Shown piece by piece: positions 62,645-64,000 of a stretch of 64,000 nucleotides of DNA (within the stretch, counting starts at the first letter, position 1; each line of letters opens with the position of its first letter). The notes under the pieces are model-generated. The model had not been told where the DNA came from and did not search any database. It was given only the letters and a program-made list of their open reading frames with translations. Where the stretch lies: NCBI GenBank assembly GCA_964106915.2, contig OZ066915.1; one strand, written 5' to 3'. Position numbers and translations under genes: made by a program. The DNA is from Podarcis gaigeae. Taxonomy: Eukaryota.

Positions 62645-64000
62645 CCGCACGCCAAGGCACTACAGACATGCATGCACAAAAAGTAAGAGATGGGTGTCTT
62701 ATTCAAAATATGCTGTGCAATTCAAATATTATCGATCTGTCAAATGAACAAGCAGATCAAAGCAAAGGGTACTTGATGGCCAAGTCATTCTGTCTAAGAA
62801 AAGGCTATCAGTTGTGATGGCAATAAAGAGCATTTTCAAACCACTCGTCCTCCCATTGAGCTGGAACTCAATGACAATCAACACTATGATACAGCATCTG
62901 CCTTATGAACACCTGCGGAAATGTGAAATAGCAGCTCTACAGATAAATGCTCACCTCACTAAACTTGATCATGCCCGCCACACAACCCTTTCTTTACAAC
63001 AGACTCACGCTTCTGCCCTAGTCAGCACATTCAGTTGCCTCCCTTCCAACACCGTCTTATGTATCCTTCTTTTCAGCTCACTAAAAATCTATAGCTAGAA
63101 GGGCTCCATTCTCACCTTGGCAGCGCAATGCTTGTCTGCAATATTTTCTTAGTTTGTCTAACAACCATAACAACAACAACAGCAGGGTATTGTTTAGCAT
63201 GAGGGAAACACAAGCTCTCATTGCATTCAACAGCATTCTTAAGTCTTCTTGGCAGTTTAGAGATAATCAGCTGCCTGGTTTTGAGAAACACATAGGTGTC
63301 ACTGCAAGCTTTATGCATCTCTGAAAGCACCAGGATTAACTGTATACTGCAAAGCTATGCTGATAGTGAATCTCTAGCTGTGCAGTCAGCAGAATAATGA
63401 GGTTCACCAGCAGCACAGCAGATAATTGGATTGGGTCCTCTCAGCCTCTACCCAAGTCTCCCTAAAAATCTATGTCTTTAATGAAATGGTGGGGTGAAAA
63501 TAAAGGGGTCATTTAGGCCTCCTTGAGATATTGAAGAGACCTTGCCCCATTAAGTTTATCCACTCCATTTCAGCCAGCAGGAAACTCTGGAGCAGGATCT
63601 CCAATACAGAGTATGGGATAGAACTGTCCAAGTTACAATCCATTTATACCTTTAAAAGCAATAACCATAACCTTGAATTGTGCCCACATATAGTTTGTAG
63701 ATGATGATCACAAAGAAGCAGAGTAATATGTTTCAGCTAGCCAAGGATCTGAACCTGTGTCTCCAGGTCCAATGCTCCTATAACTACAAAACACTGTCTC
63801 ATGGGATAGATCTTTTTGTGAGGTTTCTTTAATGTACTATCATGTACACTTGCACAACATATCAAGCAAAGATATCCACAAGATTGGGCTCAGTTCAATG
63901 TGCACAGCATTGCACACTGAGGTTGTGCTGGTCTGCTAAATATTTCAAGGCAGCAATAGTTATTTGGTTAGATGCTGAATTCAAAATCACACTTGACTCT

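Overview
Vertebrate genomic DNA, very likely from a squamate and probably a lacertid lizard (inferred from Sauria SINEs, a BovB/RTE 3' end and the MITE families present). The window holds two convergent (tail-to-tail) genes in the arrangement known from human 17q25. (1) SPHK1 on +: four coding exons (15782-15931, 17430-17524, 19796-19911, 23074-23908) give a continuous frame of about 398 codons. The exon supplying the N-terminus is not securely identified; two candidate phase-1 mini-exons are flagged. (2) UBE2O on -: 17 coding exons (61578 down to 31018, 3558 nt, 1185 aa plus stop, all GT-AG and phase-compatible); exon 1 lies beyond the right edge. The rest is intron/UTR/intergenic DNA rich in TEs: Sauria SINEs, CR1, L2, L1 and BovB fragments, pogo/Tigger-like MITEs, hAT MITEs with 8-bp TSDs, a Tc1 DD34E deletion derivative and an unclassified long-TIR element. 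I see no convincing wholly new biological system. The best leads are candidate Cys/Gly-bearing alternative SPHK1 N-termini, a Tc1 element inserted at the putative branch point of an SPHK1 exon, palindromic MITEs carrying paired ZNF143/THAP11-type motifs, a rewired SPHK1 regulatory loop and C-tail, and an unidentified coding-like antisense segment in UBE2O intron 9. Comparisons with human/mouse proteins are from memory and need confirming by alignment.
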